From: an uncultured delta proteobacterium
GTDB lineage: Bacteria; Desulfobacterota; Binatia; UBA9968
Length of the DNA stretch: 64,000 bases
Direction: 5' to 3'
NCBI GenBank assembly: GCA_963737905.1
Contig: CAVTUQ010000022.1
Location: 96,001 to 160,000 of the forward strand
The notes under the pieces are model-generated. The model saw only the letters and a program-made list of their open reading frames with translations, was not told the origin of the DNA and searched no databases. Each line of letters begins with the position of its first letter. Positions within the stretch are counted from its first letter, which is position 1. Shown piece after piece: positions 63,254-64,000 of this stretch. A program made the translations under genes and the position numbers.

Positions 63254-64000
63254 ATGATCGCCCAGGATGAAGACGCGCTATCGCTCCGGGTCAAAGACGA
63301 AGCACAGCGCCTGGGTTTTGAGTTGGTCGGAATTTCGCCGGTCAAACTTCCGCCCCATGAGGAGTCGTTCGCCGAGTGGCTGCGGCGGGGCTTCTCGGGA
63401 CAGCTGGACTATATGAAACGAACCGAGGATCTACGACGTGATCCCCATCGACTCGTCCCTTGGGCGGTGTCCGTTATCTCGGTCGGAATGAATTATTATA
63501 CGCCTTTTTCCCGCCCGCGAGCGTCGGATCAGCCAAAGGGTTGGATTTCCCGTTACGCGTGGGGCGATGATTACCATACTCTAATCAAAAACCAGTTGGA
63601 GTCTCTCCTCAACGGCATTCGACGGATTTGGAACGGACCCGTGGAAGGAAAAGTCTTTGTGGATTCCGGTCCGGTGCTGGAGCGGGAGTTTGCCGGCATC
63701 GCGGGTGTCGGCTGGATCGGCAAAAACACCCATCTCATTTCCCCCCAAAGGGGCTCGTGGTTTTTTTTGGGAGAACTTTTCCTCAGCATACCGCTCGGTT
63801 ATGATCGGCCGATTCGCGATCGGTGTGGAAAATGCGATCTGTGTTTGAAAGCCTGCCCCACAGGGGCTTTCGTGGGACCCTACGTGCTGGACGCGCGCCG
63901 CTGCATTTCCTACTTGACAATTGAGCTCAAAGGCCTGATGCCTCGCCATCTTCGTCCGCTTGTAGGAAATCACATCTTTGGCTGCGACATCTGTCAAGAG
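63254..64000 (+). CDS. queG: Epoxyqueuosine reductase (partial, runs off the window)
   Basis: ISRYAWGDDYH, VDSGPVLER, GWIGKN, GSWFFLG, CGKCDLCLKACPT, CISYLTIE, FGCDICQ. Confidence 0.95.
   Translation, partial: MIAQDEDALSLRVKDEAQRLGFELVGISPVKLPPHEESFAEWLRRGFSGQLDYMKRTEDLRRDPHRLVPWAVSVISVGMNYYTPFSRPRASDQPKGWISRYAWGDDYHTLIKNQLESLLNGIRRIWNGPVEGKVFVDSGPVLEREFAGIAGVGWIGKNTHLISPQRGSWFFLGELFLSIPLGYDRPIRDRCGKCDLCLKACPTGAFVGPYVLDARRCISYLTIELKGLMPRHLRPLVGNHIFGCDICQE

Overview
Bacterial chromosome segment, most likely a Deltaproteobacteria-like (Binatia-type) MAG. That placement is an inference from gene content and intergenic repeat style. There are four blocks. (1) 1-10.5 kb: tadA and tRNA-Ser(CGA), followed by a decayed 9.6-kb integrated element bounded by a 58-bp duplication of the tRNA 3' half. 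It carries a truncated tyrosine integrase, a primase/helicase module, an Xis-like HTH, TerS/TerL-like genes and a GT-C glycosyltransferase cargo gene, but no capsid or portal. (2) 10.5-29.9 kb: an accessory region containing LigD remnants, a HEPN-like gene, an IS21-family element, BON/YihY/SYLF genes and three families of paralogous small proteins. (3) 30-49 kb: a Liv-type ABC transporter converging on an aromatic-catabolism cluster with a CoA ligase, a 4-hydroxybenzoyl-CoA-reductase-like Mo enzyme, two UbiD enzymes, an unannotated Zn-ribbon microprotein and an NDP-forming acyl-CoA synthetase. (4) 49-64 kb: core genes acnA, rlpA, yebC-ruvCAB and queG, plus an NtrY-like kinase followed by a receiver-domain-LpxC fusion. 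The fusion is the most striking candidate for an undescribed system, namely direct phospho-control of the committed step of lipid A synthesis. Single-base frameshifts occur even in housekeeping genes (tadA, acnA), so many apparent pseudogenes are probably consensus indel errors.
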